Positions 25,817 through 34,477 of a DNA stretch of 54,045 bases are shown here, in pieces. The notes below the pieces were generated by a model. The model was not told where the DNA came from and did no database searches. It worked only from the letters and a program-made list of their open reading frames with translations. Position numbers and translations under genes: made by a program. Source of the stretch: Candidatus Omnitrophota bacterium (GTDB lineage Bacteria > Omnitrophota > Gorgyraeia > Gygaellales > Profunditerraquicolaceae); contig JBDRLG010000150.1 of assembly GCA_043813255.1 (NCBI GenBank), forward strand, positions 1 to 54,045, given 5' to 3'. Each line of letters starts with the position of its first letter. Within the stretch, counting starts at the first letter, position 1.

Positions 25817-26232
25817 TGAAATCGTATACCCAGCGGTTGGTTTTTGATACTAGGAACAGGCAGGAGCTTATTAATATTACTCCTGAAGTAGAAGAAGCTG
25901 TTTCTAAGAGTAAAATTAAAGAAGGGCTGTGTTTGGTTAACAGTATGCATATTACTTCAAGCGTGTTTATCAATGATGATGAAGGCGGCCTGCATAAGGA
26001 TTTTAGCCAGTGGCTTGAAAAACTGGCTCCCTACGGTAAGGATAAATATCAGCATAATTTAAGCGGCGAGGATAACGGCGACGCGCATTTAAAACGCACA
26101 ATCATGGGCAGGGAAGTCGTTGTGGCGGTTACAAACGGCAAATTAGATTTCGGGCCTTGGGAGCAGATATTTTACGGAGAGTTTGATGGACAAAGAAAGA
26201 AAACTGTTCTGATAAAAATTATTGGGGAATAA
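25816..26232 (+). CDS. YjbQ/UPF0047 family protein (paralog 1)
   Basis: The motifs are [25 protein letters not shown] and [18 protein letters not shown]. The start overlaps the SGNH stop codon by 1 nt (TAATG). Confidence 0.85.
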   Translation: MKSYTQRLVFDTRNRQELINITPEVEEAVSKSKIKEGLCLVNSMHITSSVFINDDEGGLHKDFSQWLEKLAPYGKDKYQHNLSGEDNGDAHLKRTIMGREVVVAVTNGKLDFGPWEQIFYGEFDGQRKKTVLIKIIGE

Positions 26233-26389
26233 TAAGATTGCTTCGTCAGGCTGCGCCCTCCCCGCAATCAGACTGTGTCACAATCTATATTTTAACGCGG
26301 TAGCCGCAACCTTTAGGTTGCGTTTCCGACGCTGATAAAACGCTCCGCTTACGGAGCGGCTACCGGAAATGCAATTACGACACAGTCTG
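26233..26389. repeat. composite repeat: a half GTCATTGCGAG unit, then the outer stem cagactgtgtc/gacacagtctg enclosing a REPIN doublet (26299..26364)
   Basis: Positions 26263..26364 recur as a 102-nt direct repeat at 47294..47395 with only 2 mismatches. Confidence 0.85.
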
Positions 26390-26460
26390 AATGGCACAAA
26401 AACTCCGTTGGAAGATTTTACTGTTTTTAAATTTTAGTTTGGGTTATAATAAAGGGAATT

Positions 26461-27693
26461 ATGCTGGATATTAAAAAAATTCCCTCTAAAGTTGAATTGG
26501 CTGCTCCTGCTGGAGACTGGCCTTCTCTATATTCCGCGATAGAAGCCGGCGCGGATGCTGTTTATTTCGGAGTCCAAGAATTAAACATGCGCCATGCCGC
26601 GTCTAATTTTGATATTCTTGAAATTAAAAAGGTCCTGTTGTTGCTTCACAAGAATAATAAGAAGGGGTATTTAGCTTTAAATACTATAGTTTATGATACG
26701 GAATTAAATAAACTAAAAAAAATCCTTAAAGAAGCTAAAAAAAGCGGAGTAGACGCGGTAATAGCGTGGGATATGGCAGTTTTACAGGCCGCGGCTGAAT
26801 TAGGGATTCCTGTGCATTTATCTACTCAGGCAAGTGTTTCTAATTTTTCCGCAGTGAAATTTTATTCCTCTTTGGGCATAAAAAGGATTGTTTTGGCAAG
26901 AGAATGCCGGCTTTCTGATATTGAAGATATAATCAAGAAGATTAAAATATCGTCTTTAGACTGCCAAATAGAAGTTTTTATACATGGCGCGGTGTGCGTT
27001 AGTTTATCTGGCAGGTGTTTGTTTTCCCATCATCTTTTTGGCAAATCAGCTAACCGCGGAGAATGTTTTCAGCTTTGCAGAAGGCAGTATTTAATTAAGG
27101 ATGTTGACCAGGGTAAAGAATATATATTAGGTAAGGATTATGTGTTAAGCGCGAAAGACATTTGTACTGTTGAAATTATAGATAAATTAATAAAAGCGGG
27201 AATCAGCGTTTTTAAAATAGAAGGCAGGATGAGGCCCGCGGAATACACAAAGATTGTCACTTCTGTATATAGAGAAGCTATAGACGCGTTTTATAATAAG
27301 AAATTAACTAATAGGTTAAAAATCTCTTTGCGTAAAAAACTGGATAGGATTTATAACCGCGGTTTTGATACTGGGTTTTACCTTGGCGATCCGGATGGTT
27401 CTATGAGCCAGATAGGGTCTTCAGAATATGAAAAGGTGTTTTTAGGCAGTGTGGTGAAATTTTATGAGAAGATTAAAGTCGCGGAAATAGTAATAAGAAA
27501 TAACAGCGTTTCAAAAGGCGATGAAATATTAGTATATGGGAAAAATACCCCTGCTCTTTTTGCTAAAGTTGGAGAGATGCAAATTAAACATAAGCCTGTA
27601 GAGACAGCTCAAAGAGGCGAATCCGTGGGGATTAAACTGCCTTTCGCGGTTAGGCCTAAAGATAAAATTTTTCTTTGGAAAAATAAAGAATAA
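26461..27693 (+). CDS. peptidase U32 family protein (RlhA/TrhP/UbiU-like hydroxylase family)
   Basis: The U32 core is followed by a four-Cys cluster (HGAVCVSLSGRCLFS...GECFQLCRR) and a C-terminal beta-barrel region. Confidence 0.8.
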   Translation: MLDIKKIPSKVELAAPAGDWPSLYSAIEAGADAVYFGVQELNMRHAASNFDILEIKKVLLLLHKNNKKGYLALNTIVYDTELNKLKKILKEAKKSGVDAVIAWDMAVLQAAAELGIPVHLSTQASVSNFSAVKFYSSLGIKRIVLARECRLSDIEDIIKKIKISSLDCQIEVFIHGAVCVSLSGRCLFSHHLFGKSANRGECFQLCRRQYLIKDVDQGKEYILGKDYVLSAKDICTVEIIDKLIKAGISVFKIEGRMRPAEYTKIVTSVYREAIDAFYNKKLTNRLKISLRKKLDRIYNRGFDTGFYLGDPDGSMSQIGSSEYEKVFLGSVVKFYEKIKVAEIVIRNNSVSKGDEILVYGKNTPALFAKVGEMQIKHKPVETAQRGESVGIKLPFAVRPKDKIFLWKNKE

Positions 27694-27742
27694 TTCCAAA
27701 ATTTTGCTATAATATAGAATTAATAAATGGAGATGTTTTATT

Positions 27743-28504
27743 ATGGAAAATCCGCAGATTGAAGATAAGAAACGGGAATTATTATTGCGCAGCAGGATAA
27801 TTATAGTTGTTTTTTGGTTTTATATTGTTATTCTTTTAATGATATTAGCTTTAGTTTTTATTTTTAAAGTAGAAGAGTCTAGAATGCGGCTTTTAATAGC
27901 CGGGATGATAGGCACACTTATTTACGGTGTTTATCTTCAGATGACTCTTAAGTGCCCGTATTGTAATTTCAGACTGGGGTTGGTTTCGAGATTAGGTATC
28001 CCATCTGTATGCCCTAAATGTAAAAATAAATTAAAAGAAGCAAGCTGGAATTTGTTAACAATGAAATCTAAAAAAACTCTTTTTGGCATGCCGCTTATTG
28101 ATATAGCAGTTGGGCAGGTTTCTGAAACAGGGCAGATTAAAAGGCATGCCTGTGGTATAATCGCGATAGGGGATTTTGCCCGGGGCTTTATTGCCATAGG
28201 AAAATTATCCTGCGGTTTTATAGCTATAGGCGTTGGTTCAATAGGAGTTTTTTCTTTTGGGGCGGGATGTATCGGATTAGTTTCTATAGGGGCAGTTGCT
28301 TTTGGAGGATTAGCGATTGCCGGTTTGGCTGTAGGTGTAATAGCTATAGGTGGAGTTGCCATAGGGGCAATTGCAGCCGGAGGGCTTAGTCTTGGGTATT
28401 ATGCTTTTGGAGGGGCTGCTTTTGGAAAATACGTATTTAGCGCGGTAGAACGCAGCTATCAGGCTATTGAATTATTGAATAGGTTAATTAATCATGCCCG
28501 GTGA
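27743..28504 (+). CDS. membrane protein with a zinc ribbon and a C-terminal 10-residue Gly-rich repeat array
   Basis: It has two N-terminal TM helices and a CPYC...CPKC zinc ribbon. These are followed by about ten tandem G-h-h-A-I-G-x-x-x-x units (GFIAIGKLSC GFIAIGVGSI GVFSFGAGCI ...). Confidence 0.6.
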   Translation: MENPQIEDKKRELLLRSRIIIVVFWFYIVILLMILALVFIFKVEESRMRLLIAGMIGTLIYGVYLQMTLKCPYCNFRLGLVSRLGIPSVCPKCKNKLKEASWNLLTMKSKKTLFGMPLIDIAVGQVSETGQIKRHACGIIAIGDFARGFIAIGKLSCGFIAIGVGSIGVFSFGAGCIGLVSIGAVAFGGLAIAGLAVGVIAIGGVAIGAIAAGGLSLGYYAFGGAAFGKYVFSAVERSYQAIELLNRLINHAR

Positions 28505-28505
28505 A

Positions 28506-28925
28506 ATGAAAATAGTTACTAAACAGATAAGCTTAAAGACCAAAGGTAACCCGGATTTAATAAATATAACCCAGGGAATAGAAGAACTTTTAGTTTCAAC
28601 AAAACTTAAAGACGGTAACATAACAGTTTTTGTTGTGGGTTCGACCGCTGCTATTACTACGTTTGAATATGAACCTGGATTAAAAAAAGATATTCAGGAA
28701 TTTTATGAAGAGATTATACCCTGCGAAAAGAAATACCATCATGACGATACCTGGGGTGATGCTAATGGCTTTAGCCATTTAAGGGCGGCAATACAAGGGC
28801 CTAGCCTTGTTATCCCTTTTGAAGGAGGCAGGCTTCTGTTAGGTACATGGCAGCAGGTAGTTTTAGCTGAATTTGATAACCAGCCAAGGCAAAGGCAGGT
28901 AATAGTTCAGTTTATTGGAGAATGA
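28506..28925 (+). CDS. YjbQ/UPF0047 family protein (paralog 2)
   Basis: The motifs are VVGSTAAITTFEYEPG, DANGFSHLRAAIQG and GRLLLGTWQQVVLAEFD. An ATG at 28494 is an alternative start. Confidence 0.85.
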   Translation: MKIVTKQISLKTKGNPDLINITQGIEELLVSTKLKDGNITVFVVGSTAAITTFEYEPGLKKDIQEFYEEIIPCEKKYHHDDTWGDANGFSHLRAAIQGPSLVIPFEGGRLLLGTWQQVVLAEFDNQPRQRQVIVQFIGE

Positions 28926-29912
28926 ATGAATTTAATCTTTCGACAGAAATCTCCGGTTTTAAAACCGGAGATGAATGCTGTGTTGTTTTTTCTTCTTAGG
29001 AGGAAGCCCCGGATTTTAGTCCAGGGAGCTTCACTAAGTTTTTTTATTTTGTTATTAATTTTGATTTATCCTGTAAAAGGCAGTTGTGAAGAATTATATT
29101 TAAAGAACGGGGATAAGATAAGCGGTAAAATAGTTAAACAGGATAAGGAAAGTATTGTTTTAGAAACGCGGGTTTTTGGAGAAGTAAAAATAAAAAAAGA
29201 ATTTTTAGATCATATCGCGGGGAAAGAACAGGTTGGGGTTGTTGAGCCGGAAAAAATAGAATGGAAAAAAGATATAGATATAGGTTATGATAAAACCTCC
29301 GGTAATACTAAAAACAGCCATTTTTCCACAAGGCTTTTTATTAACAGGAAAACTTCTCGTAATGAATTTACCAGTAAAGCTGATGTTTATTATTCTTCCG
29401 CTGACAATAAGATGGATTCACAGAAATGGTATGGTTTAAACCGCTATGCTTTTAGTTTTAGCAAAAATAAGAAGTGGTATAATTTTTATAAATTTGAGGC
29501 CGATCATGATAGGTTTGCTGATATTGATTATAGGTTGATACCCGCGGCAGGCTTGGGTTTTTGGTTTGCGGATAATCCGGGTTGGAAAGCCCTGCTCGAA
29601 TGCGGCATAGGTTATGAGTATACGGCTTTCAGGCAGGAAGCTAAAAGCCAGGGTGAAATGATTCTTATTCCCAGGGGATTCGCGGAAAAAAATATTTTTG
29701 AAAATTTAAAAATATCCCAGGAAATTATTTTTTATCCTGCGGTGGATGATTTCGAAGAATACAGGTTTCATTCCGAATCCGCTTTGGTCAGTGCTATTAA
29801 TAAAAAATTGGCGTTATCGCTTAGCTTTATTGATGATTTTAATTCGCGGCCGAAAGGCGGAGTTAAAAAGAATGATTCGCGTTTTATAACATCGCTTGTG
29901 TATTCTTTTTAA
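28926..29912 (+). CDS. DUF481 (YdiY-like) outer-membrane beta-barrel protein
   Basis: It has a signal/TM segment, a GNT motif (TSGNTKNSH), an alternating beta-strand pattern and a terminal aromatic residue (YSF). Confidence 0.65.
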   Translation: MNLIFRQKSPVLKPEMNAVLFFLLRRKPRILVQGASLSFFILLLILIYPVKGSCEELYLKNGDKISGKIVKQDKESIVLETRVFGEVKIKKEFLDHIAGKEQVGVVEPEKIEWKKDIDIGYDKTSGNTKNSHFSTRLFINRKTSRNEFTSKADVYYSSADNKMDSQKWYGLNRYAFSFSKNKKWYNFYKFEADHDRFADIDYRLIPAAGLGFWFADNPGWKALLECGIGYEYTAFRQEAKSQGEMILIPRGFAEKNIFENLKISQEIIFYPAVDDFEEYRFHSESALVSAINKKLALSLSFIDDFNSRPKGGVKKNDSRFITSLVYSF

Positions 29913-29949
29913 AAGAAAACGGTTTATTAGCGAAGGTAATTTTTTTATT

Positions 29950-30210
29950 ATGAGTAAATTAAAATTAGATTTACATGATATTTATAATAGTTCAGATAAG
30001 ATTGAGAAAGAATTATTCAGAGTTATAGATGAGGCCGTTAAAAAAAGGATAGATATGGTAGAAATTATTCCCGGCAAGGGCAGCGGGCAGTTAAAGAAAG
30101 GAGTATTGAGGTTTCTTAACCGGCCGGATATAAAGAAGCTCTACCACCGTATGGATATTGATAATAAGAATTTCGGAAGGCTGTTTGTTCATTTTCGCCA
30201 TAATAGATAA
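29950..30210 (+). CDS. Smr domain protein with a divergent motif set
   Basis: It reads LDLHD where canonical Smr has LDLHG, and VEIIPGKGSGQLK where canonical Smr has IIHGKG.G.L. I start it at the ATG at 29950. Confidence 0.65.
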   Translation: MSKLKLDLHDIYNSSDKIEKELFRVIDEAVKKRIDMVEIIPGKGSGQLKKGVLRFLNRPDIKKLYHRMDIDNKNFGRLFVHFRHNR

Positions 30211-30211
30211 T

Positions 30212-30368
30212 CCCAAATTTTGCATTAGCAAAATTTGCCCGCCACGTCCCGTTGGGACTCCGCCGTTGGCGGGGTCCCTTGCGGGAAAGGGCCGGCCGAT
30301 TAAATCTGGATAGATTTAATCGTGCTCGTCGGGGTAATCCGGATAAGATTTTTAATGCAAAATGAGGG
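30212..30368. mobile_element. MITE copy 2 (157 bp)
   Basis: The left TIR is identical to copy 1 and the right TIR is degenerate (ttaatgcaaaatgaggg). It is flanked by a 5-bp duplication ATAAT (30207..30211 and 30369..30373), and the left duplicate contains the smr stop codon. Confidence 0.85.
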
Positions 30369-30399
30369 ATAATTATTATTGAACAATGGGAGCAGGGAA

Positions 30400-30720
30400 A
30401 TGGTTAAATATCTCAGGATAATTTTTATGATCGCGGCATTAATTTGTGTTAATCCTTGTTATGCTCAGGAGGACTTGGCTGAAGGACAGCCTATATTAAG
30501 TGTCAGCGGGACAGTTTCTGATATGAATTGGGTAACTTCAACTTTAGTTGTCAGGAGTTATCATGACGAGATTACTTTTTTTGTTCCTCAGAATACGGTT
30601 ATTACTAAAGGAGCAAAGCAGATATGGTTTTCCGATATCCATAAATTTAGTAAAGTCACAGTTATGTTTATTAATACTTCTCCCGGGCCGTTAAAAGCAA
30701 TCAGGATAAGTGTTAAATGA
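30400..30720 (+). CDS. small secreted hypothetical protein
   Basis: The signal peptide is MVKYLRIIFMIAALICVNPCYAQ. I recognise no family. A TTG at 30379 is an alternative start. Confidence 0.5.
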   Translation: MVKYLRIIFMIAALICVNPCYAQEDLAEGQPILSVSGTVSDMNWVTSTLVVRSYHDEITFFVPQNTVITKGAKQIWFSDIHKFSKVTVMFINTSPGPLKAIRISVK

Positions 30721-30876
30721 AAAAAATATTTGTTCTTTATAGAGTATGGAAACCTGCTCCATAGTATAAGCACATAAAAATTCTCTCACGATAATTTTTA
30801 AGTATACTACGGAGTTAATAATGTAGGGTATAAAAACCTGGAAACATTATTAAGAAGCATTATTAAGGAGGCAGAG

Positions 30877-31416
30877 ATGAAAAAAATAATTTTTATGGCA
30901 GTAGTTTGTTCAACAGCTCTTTTTAGCGGCTGTATTACAGACGGGGCAGGAAAGAATGGCGATCGCGTAAATAAGCCTGAAATATATAAACTTGATTTGG
31001 ATAATGATGGCATCAAAGAAATTACTAAAGTAGAGAAAAGCACGGAGCCGGATAAAAAATCAGTGATTACCATATCAAGTTTGCGAAGAGAAGAAATAGA
31101 CAGCTTTTCAGTAGGAGGGAAGCTTAATAAAGTGGATTTTATAGATTTAAATGAGGATGGTTTTAAACAAATCGCGGTATTTTCCCGTGACACGCAAGAA
31201 AAGTATAATCTGGCTATTTATAAAATGAAGAATAATCAATTATTTAGATTATTTTCAATCGCCAGCAGTTGTGGTATTGATACTGATTTTTCTACAGTTT
31301 TATCAAGGATTAGAGTTTGTAAGAGCGGCTGTGAAGGCGAGTATTATGCCAATAATATTATAAATTGGGAAGTATGGGTTTGGTCAGGCGAAAGATTTAT
31401 CAGGGAAGTTCAGTAG
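30877..31416 (+). CDS. lipoprotein with two DxDxDG-type (FG-GAP/VCBS-like) motifs
   Basis: The lipobox is LFSGC. The two motifs are LDNDGIKEI and LNEDGFKQI. An AAGGAGG RBS lies upstream. Confidence 0.6.
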   Translation: MKKIIFMAVVCSTALFSGCITDGAGKNGDRVNKPEIYKLDLDNDGIKEITKVEKSTEPDKKSVITISSLRREEIDSFSVGGKLNKVDFIDLNEDGFKQIAVFSRDTQEKYNLAIYKMKNNQLFRLFSIASSCGIDTDFSTVLSRIRVCKSGCEGEYYANNIINWEVWVWSGERFIREVQ

Positions 31417-31530
31417 TTTTTCACCGAAAAAGTGTGAAAACTACTGAATCTCTGATCTCTGTAATCTTTTTAAAAATCTGTGTAATCAAGTTTTTGCTGG
31501 ATTTTTCAGCAAGAACTAAATAAGGCAAAT

Positions 31531-31956
31531 ATGGCTGATTTTGGCGTAGGTTTAGATAAAGAAAAAATTCTTTTGGAAAAGATGAAACAGCTGGGTATCC
31601 GCCGCGAAGATATTATTGAAAGTTTTATCAGGTCAGCCGGCCCCGGAGGGCAGAATATCAATAAGACTTCTACTTGCGTATATTTAAAACATATACCTAC
31701 AGGTATAGAAGTCAAATGCCAGAAGGAACGTTCTCAGGCTTTAAACCGTTATATCGCGCGTAAACTCTTATTAAAAAAGATTGAAAATTCTATATTAGGC
31801 AGGTTGTCTGAAGAGAGGAAGCGTATTGAAAAGATACGCCGGCAAAAACGGCGCAGATCCAGAAGAGCAAAATTGAAAATTCTTGAAGGTAAACGTTTAA
31901 ACGCGCAGAAGAAATCTTTAAGGGCTAACGTGCGCCAAACGGAGGATGTTTTTTGA
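31531..31956 (+). CDS. RF-1 domain (GGQ) protein, ArfB/ICT1-like peptidyl-tRNA hydrolase
   Basis: The GGQ region is SAGPGGQNINKTSTCVYLKHIPTGIEVKCQKERSQALNR. It is followed by a strongly basic C-terminal tail. Confidence 0.75.
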   Translation: MADFGVGLDKEKILLEKMKQLGIRREDIIESFIRSAGPGGQNINKTSTCVYLKHIPTGIEVKCQKERSQALNRYIARKLLLKKIENSILGRLSEERKRIEKIRRQKRRRSRRAKLKILEGKRLNAQKKSLRANVRQTEDVF

Positions 31957-31959
31957 TAT

Positions 31960-32769
31960 ATGTTTATTTTTAAAATATTGAACCATATAGTATTGCTGTT
32001 TTTATTTTTAGGCTTAGTTGTAATTTACTTTAGATATATTGAAAAGCGGTCGCTTTTTTATCCGGCAAAAGAATTAGAATTAACTCCTGAACAGGCAGGC
32101 CTTAACTATGAGGATGTGTATTTTGATAGTTCTGGTAAAGTGCAGCTTAACGGCTGGTTTATTCCGTCCAAAGAAAACAGGTATACTATTATTTTTTGCC
32201 ATGGCAACGCGGGCAATATCAGCCATCGGATTGAAAAAATAATCTTTTTTAATAAATTGGGATGCAATGTATTCATTTTTGATTATCGCGGTTATGGCAA
32301 AAGCAAAGGAACTCCTTCTGAAAATGGTTTTTATAGCGATGCCTTAGCGGCATATAATTATTTGTTATCCCGAGGCATACGTTCTGAGCAAGTGATTGGT
32401 TATGGTGAATCATTAGGAGGCGCGGTTATTATTGATTTAGCTTCTAAAGATAAGATGAAGGCGGTGATTATAGACAGTGTCTTTCCAAGCACTAAAGATA
32501 TGGCCAGAAAAATTTATCCATTTCTTCCTTATTGGTTATTAGCTAGCAGGTTTGATTCTTTTAAAAAAATACAATCTATACAAATTCCCAAGTTAATAAT
32601 ACATAGCATAAATGATGAAATCGTGCCTTATCAATTTGGGCAGAAGGTTTATAATGCAGCAGCAGAACCTAAAGAATTTTTGCAGGTTTATGGCGGACAT
32701 AATAGTTGTTTTTATGATTCGGCAGAGCTGTTTAAAGAAAAAATTTCCGGTTTTCTGGACAGCCTTTAA
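31960..32769 (+). CDS. alpha/beta hydrolase with an N-terminal TM anchor
   Basis: It has HGNAGN, the nucleophile elbow GESLGG, and late D and H residues (NDEIVP, GGHN). Confidence 0.75.
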   Translation: MFIFKILNHIVLLFLFLGLVVIYFRYIEKRSLFYPAKELELTPEQAGLNYEDVYFDSSGKVQLNGWFIPSKENRYTIIFCHGNAGNISHRIEKIIFFNKLGCNVFIFDYRGYGKSKGTPSENGFYSDALAAYNYLLSRGIRSEQVIGYGESLGGAVIIDLASKDKMKAVIIDSVFPSTKDMARKIYPFLPYWLLASRFDSFKKIQSIQIPKLIIHSINDEIVPYQFGQKVYNAAAEPKEFLQVYGGHNSCFYDSAELFKEKISGFLDSL

Positions 32770-32817
32770 AAATAAGAAAACATAAGGCAGTGGATTAACT
32801 AAAGAAGGAGGGAGACA

Positions 32818-33075
32818 ATGATTATATTGTCTAAGGCGGTCATAGTGATAAATGTGGCAATTATTGGCGTATTTAGCTTGATTATAGGCCTGTTATTAGC
32901 TATTAATCCGGTATTATCTATTGAAATTCAAAGAAGATTTTATGAAAGAATAAATTGGCGTATGGAACCTATTTCTATGGAAAAGGAAATACGCAATACC
33001 AGAATTATGGGGATATTCTTAACTTTGTTAGCTATTGTTATATTGGGAATTATTATTTTTAGGCGCATTGCATAG
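32818..33075 (+). CDS. small two-TM membrane protein
   Basis: It has a strong AAGGAGGGAG RBS and two hydrophobic helices. I recognise no family. Confidence 0.5.
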   Translation: MIILSKAVIVINVAIIGVFSLIIGLLLAINPVLSIEIQRRFYERINWRMEPISMEKEIRNTRIMGIFLTLLAIVILGIIIFRRIA

Positions 33076-33097
33076 AAATTACAGGGAGGATTTAAAG

Positions 33098-33463
33098 ATG
33101 AAAATTAAAACAGCAGTTATAATTTTTTTATCCGCTGTGATTTTTATGTTTTCAGGCATTAGTTATACTCTTGGCCAAGGGGGAACTTACCAGATTGAAG
33201 AAGGCCCGCTTAATCAAGGGGTGGAGCATATAGATATAGGCCCGGGAGCAAGTGTTATGGTTCCTAAAGGAGCTAAGATTGATAATAAAGATGGAGTTTT
33301 GAAAGTTGAAGGCCCTGCTTCTTTTTCAGGGAGAAAATTTGTAGATGTAGAAAAACGTTTGGATGAATTAGAAAAGAATCAGATAGAGCTCAAGAAAGAA
33401 ATAGAAAAAATATCCGTTATTGTTACAGAATTGCAAAAAAATATCCCGCTTTCTAAAAAATAA
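33098..33463 (+). CDS. secreted hypothetical protein with a C-terminal coiled coil
   Basis: A GGGAGGA RBS lies upstream. The signal peptide is MKIKTAVIIFLSAVIFMFSG. The longer ORF in the track overlaps the previous gene. Confidence 0.5.
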   Translation: MKIKTAVIIFLSAVIFMFSGISYTLGQGGTYQIEEGPLNQGVEHIDIGPGASVMVPKGAKIDNKDGVLKVEGPASFSGRKFVDVEKRLDELEKNQIELKKEIEKISVIVTELQKNIPLSKK

Positions 33464-33470
33464 ACTGTAA

Positions 33471-33866
33471 ATGGCAAAAAAAACAAAATTTACTGAGCTT
33501 AAAAAAATTTTTTCTACGCTTCATGGGCCTAAAGGCTGTCTTTGGGATAAAAAACAAACACATAGAAGCCTTATTCCTTATCTTAAAGAAGAAACTCAGG
33601 AATTTATTCAAGCGGCAAGAAGCAATAATATTCATCACATGAAAGAAGAGCTTGGAGATATTCTGCTTCAGGTAATGTTTCATTCTCAAATCGCGGAAAA
33701 AGAAAATAAATTTAATATAGAAGATGTAATAGAAGAACTGGCTAAAAAAATGAAGAGAAGGCATCCGCATGTTTTTGCCAATGTAAAAGTAAAATCCGCC
33801 AGTCATATTACCAGAAATTGGAATAAGATTAAGGCAGTAGAAAAAGGAAGAAAGGTAAAACTATGA
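33471..33866 (+). CDS. mazG: MazG-type nucleoside triphosphate pyrophosphohydrolase
   Basis: The motifs are EETQEFIQA, EELGDILLQV and RRHPHVF. Confidence 0.8.
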   Translation: MAKKTKFTELKKIFSTLHGPKGCLWDKKQTHRSLIPYLKEETQEFIQAARSNNIHHMKEELGDILLQVMFHSQIAEKENKFNIEDVIEELAKKMKRRHPHVFANVKVKSASHITRNWNKIKAVEKGRKVKL

Positions 33867-34252
33867 TAAAGAAGAGGGTGCTTTTAGTGGATGACGAGCC
33901 GGATTTTGTAGAGTTTATTAAATTACGTCTTGAAGAAGGCAGTAATTATGAAGTTAAAGGTTTATTAGACGCGAAAGATATTATTTTTCATGTGCATACA
34001 TTCAATCCTGATGTTATTTTGCTAGATTTGCTTATGCCTGGAATTGGAGGCTTGGAGGCCTGCGAGATATTAAATAAGGACCCTCTTGGCATAACTATAC
34101 CTATAATTATACTTACCGCGTTGGATAAAGAAGTGGATAAGGTAAAAGCCTATAAATTAGGGGTTGTAGATTATTTGGTTAAACCTGTAGAGTCTAGTAT
34201 TCTTTTAGAAGTCGTAGAAAGGGCAATAAAAGCTAAAACACAACGGACTTAA
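33863..34252 (+). CDS. stand-alone response regulator receiver protein
   Basis: The receiver motifs are VLLVDDEPD, DVILLDLLMPGIGG, IIILTA and DYLVKP. It overlaps mazG by 4 nt. Confidence 0.85.
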   Translation: MIKKRVLLVDDEPDFVEFIKLRLEEGSNYEVKGLLDAKDIIFHVHTFNPDVILLDLLMPGIGGLEACEILNKDPLGITIPIIILTALDKEVDKVKAYKLGVVDYLVKPVESSILLEVVERAIKAKTQRT

Positions 34253-34448
34253 GAATATTTTTTCTCCTTGCGTATAATCATATTTCTGCTATAATATAAA
34301 TAACTTTAACCCGAATTTTTCCGCCTGTCGGCAGACAGGCAATTAGCCTCTTCTACAGGCAGGTAATGACAATTTTAATAGTCAAATTTGTCCTTCCGAA
34401 GTGACTTAGGTAATTTCATAAAATAGATCTAAACACTCCATGGAAATG

Positions 34449-34477
34449 TTGACTAATAATATAAATTATCGTATAAT
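34449..34477 (+). promoter_or_regulatory. near-consensus sigma70 promoter for rpsO-pnp
   Basis: It reads TTGACT, a 17-nt spacer, then TATAAT. It is followed by a leader of about 125 nt before the rpsO start. Confidence 0.65.
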
